Positions 59,700-64,000 of a DNA stretch of 64,000 nucleotides are shown piece by piece; the first letter of the stretch is position 1, and each line of letters opens with the position of its first letter. The notes beneath the pieces are model-generated. The model saw nothing but the letters and a program-made list of their open reading frames with translations. It had not been told where the DNA came from and searched no databases. A program made the translations under genes and the position numbers. This stretch comes from the human T2T-CHM13v2.0 reference genome, Homo sapiens. The stretch lies in assembly GCF_009914755.1 (NCBI RefSeq), contig NC_060935.1; one strand, given 5' to 3'.

Positions 59700-60150
59700 C
59701 TGACTAGCACAGCCTCATCTCATGTTTCTCTCTCTCTTACTGTGGTCCACCCACAGCAACCTTCTCTCTCTTTCTTGAGCACACCAAGCCTGCTCCTCCT
59801 TGCCTGGACAGACTTACCTCTGGATTTTGCACAGCTGATTCTTTCTTACTATTCACATTTAAACCTAAACGTCCTCTCATCAGAAAGAGCTTTCCTAACT
59901 ATAAGAGGTATTCATATCCTATCACCCTGTTTTATTTTCTTCGAATGCCTTTTGCTCTCTGAAATTATCCCGTACACTCGTTTGTGTCTGTCTGTTGACA
60001 CCCTAATTTTACCCAGAATGTAAGCCGGTCCATGTAGGTGGGGGGACCAACCCTGTCTTGTTCAATGATGTCCTGTAAGTACTTAAAACATGGCCTGGAA
60101 CATAATGGAAGCTCAATAGCCATGGAATGAATGGATAAGATATTAAGGAA
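59700..60150 (+). mobile_element. L2 3' fragment
   Basis: cctctcatcagaaagagctttcc...agaatgtaagc...cctggaacataatggaagctcaata...gaatgaatgg. Confidence 0.65.
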
Positions 60151-60519
60151 CAAGTGATATATGTGGATTTGCAAGTGAGATAAAAGGTCTGACTACAGGT
60201 AAATACCTGGGAGTTGTCAGTGTACAGATAACAACTGAAGCCAGGGAAGTAGTGGGTCTAGGGAGAAAGATTAGAGTTAAAAGAAAAAAAAAAGCCAGTC
60301 TAGGCTGGAGCCCTGAAAAACACCCAATAGGTCAGGTGGGGCTTATAATGGAAACTGAGAAGGAAGATCCAGAGAAGGAGGGAGGAAGAGGCCTAAGACA
60401 GTGAGAGGCCACAGAGAAAGGAAGAGGAAATTTGGAGGACAGAGCGGTAAAAAGATTCAAATGCTATTATGAGACCAAGCAAGACAAGAATTACAAAGTG
60501 TATTTTAAATGTAGTGCCT

Positions 60520-61885
<1,366 letters not shown>

Positions 61886-61898
61886 TTGTTTAAATGTA

Positions 61899-62178
61899 GC
61901 CAGGCACAGTGGCTCACACCTATAATCCCAGCACTTTGGGAGGCCAAGGCAGATGGATCACTTGAGGTCAGGAGTTCGAGATCAGCCTGGCCAACATGAA
62001 AAACCCCAACTCTACTAAAAATACAAAAATTAGCCGGGTGTAGTGGTGGGTGTCTGTAGTTCCAGCTACTCAGGAGGCTAAGGCGGGAGAATCGCTTGAA
62101 CCCAGGAGGCGGAGGTTACAGTGAGCCAAGATCGCACCACTGCACTCCAGCCTGGGCGACAGTCTCAAAAAAAAAAAA
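61899..62178 (+). mobile_element. Alu
   Basis: 17-bp TSD aaaattgtttaaatgta at 61882-61898 and 62175-62191. Confidence 0.95.
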
Positions 62179-62917
62179 TTGTTTAAATGTAATGTTTGAG
62201 CAGACAGGTTGACCTTGGAGGGAAGAGTTTGGATGACAAGTGTGCTGGTGGCAGGAATGGAGTGGGGTGAGGAGTGAGTGGGTGGTGGGATGGGGACACA
62301 GGGAGAGAAGAAGTTTTTGGAGAGAAGATAACACAGTTGGCAGATTCTCTAGAGCCTATCAAGGCATTGCCTTGTGGGATGAAGTCATTATAAATTTGGG
62401 GTCTCAAAAAAACAATGGGCATAGGGATCATGCAAATTCCTGAATTTAGGCACAAAGCCTCAGCTGCCCACGTATAAAACAGGCCAGTGTGAAACTCCCA
62501 CTTGCCCGTGCTTCTGAGGAGAGTGTCTGTTCATCTGAGGCTAAGGCAACACTGACGTTTATAGCTCCCACTGAAAGCTGATGGTTCTGGCTTTCGAGTC
62601 AGGGACCTGTGGTTATCAGCCCTGGGTAAACTTGACAAAAGGAGTGATGGGCAGAATTGCCTGGAGCAGTGATGAGAAAATCCGAAACCAAAAAGGGTAT
62701 ATAGGATGACTCCTCCAGGATACTTGGACATGCTCCCGGAGGCTCTGCAGTTAACCTGCCTATAGGAGGGGAGGAGCCTAGGATTCTGTTGCTGACACTC
62801 CAGCTTCTGTTGCATCCCCTCCCCACTTTTCCGAAAGGCACAGCAACTCCTTGGGTCATCGTACATTGGCAGGAGGAAGCTGGGTTTGCCATCAGAAAAA
62901 GAGGATGACCTCGGTTA

Positions 62918-63210
<293 letters not shown>

Positions 63211-63703
63211 AACAGGAATGCCAACAAGGAAAGCCAGCTCTGGGTCAGCAAGCACACCCTTCTTTGTCCAAAGGGCAGAACACAACACGAGCAGCAGAGA
63301 AGGAGCCCAGGATAACCTGGAGGAAGACATCAGCTGGTGGCTGGAAAGGCTGCTCCAGGGTGTGTCAGGCAAATTAAATGAACTCAGCCAAGACTATTTT
63401 ATAAAATAATAATCATGTCCAATATATTATTCTATTCTACATCTCATAAAGTACTTTCACATACATTATTTCTTCTCATTAATCAATTGAAAGGAACATA
63501 TTCTAGAGTGGCTCCTGGAAGAGAATGGTCTAGATTTATTTGAGCATAGGGAGGATAACAATGTTAGTCCAGCTCAGAAGAAGCAAGTGAGGCTGCCAGG
63601 GTCACCCCAGGCAGACACTCGGCACAGGAATTTCAGCACGGGCCCTTGACCCTAAGATGCACAGGAATGGAACACTCAGGCTTCATTTTAAGCTTTCCCT
63701 GCT

Positions 63704-64000
63704 TGTGAAGGTTAATTTCAGGTGTCAGCTTGACTGGATTAAGGGATACCCAGATAGCTGGTAAACCACTATCTGTGGGTGTGTCTGTGAGGGTGTATTC
63801 AGAAGAGGTTGGCATTTGAATCACTGGGAAGATCCACCCTCACCCAGTGTGGGCCCAATCAGCTGAGGGCCCACGTAGAACAGAAAGGCAGACAAAGGGT
63901 GAATTTGCTCTTGCTGTCTCTCTGCTGGAGCTGGGACACCCTTCTTCTCCTGCCCTAGGCAATAGGAACTTCAGGTTCTCTGGCCTTTGGACTCTGGAAC
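63704..64000 (+). mobile_element. MLT2 (ERVL) LTR, runs off the window end
   Basis: tgtgaaggttaattt...gtgtcagcttgactggattaagggatacccagatagctggtaaa. Confidence 0.88.

Overview
This is primate, almost certainly human, genomic DNA from the secretoglobin cluster (recognised from the encoded proteins as chr11q12-13). It holds two complete three-exon genes facing each other tail-to-tail. SCGB2A2/mammaglobin-A is on + (CDS join 11467-11521, 12131-12318, 14218-14256; 93 aa). SCGB1D4 is on - (CDS join 40295-40241, 38945-38759, 37705-37696; 83 aa). Nearly everything else is transposon-derived: about 20 Alus, a near full-length SVA, two large inverted L1PA copies flanking SCGB1D4, old L1M/L2/MIR fragments, ERV1 pol and MER4-group internal remnants, solo LTRs and MER20/MER5 DNA transposons. 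I see no wholly new biological system. The best leads are: (1) a 1-nt frameshift in SCGB1D4 exon 2 that removes the third secretoglobin cysteine while the ancestral C-terminus stays intact out of frame; (2) patchy shared variants between the two inverted L1s, suggesting gene conversion; (3) a 19-nt 5' transduction on the SVA; (4) an ancient MER20-containing duplication upstream of SCGB2A2; (5) a PATRR-like AT-rich palindrome bracketed by direct repeats. Repeat subfamily names come from remembered consensus motifs and need RepeatMasker confirmation; repeat boundaries without a stated TSD are approximate.
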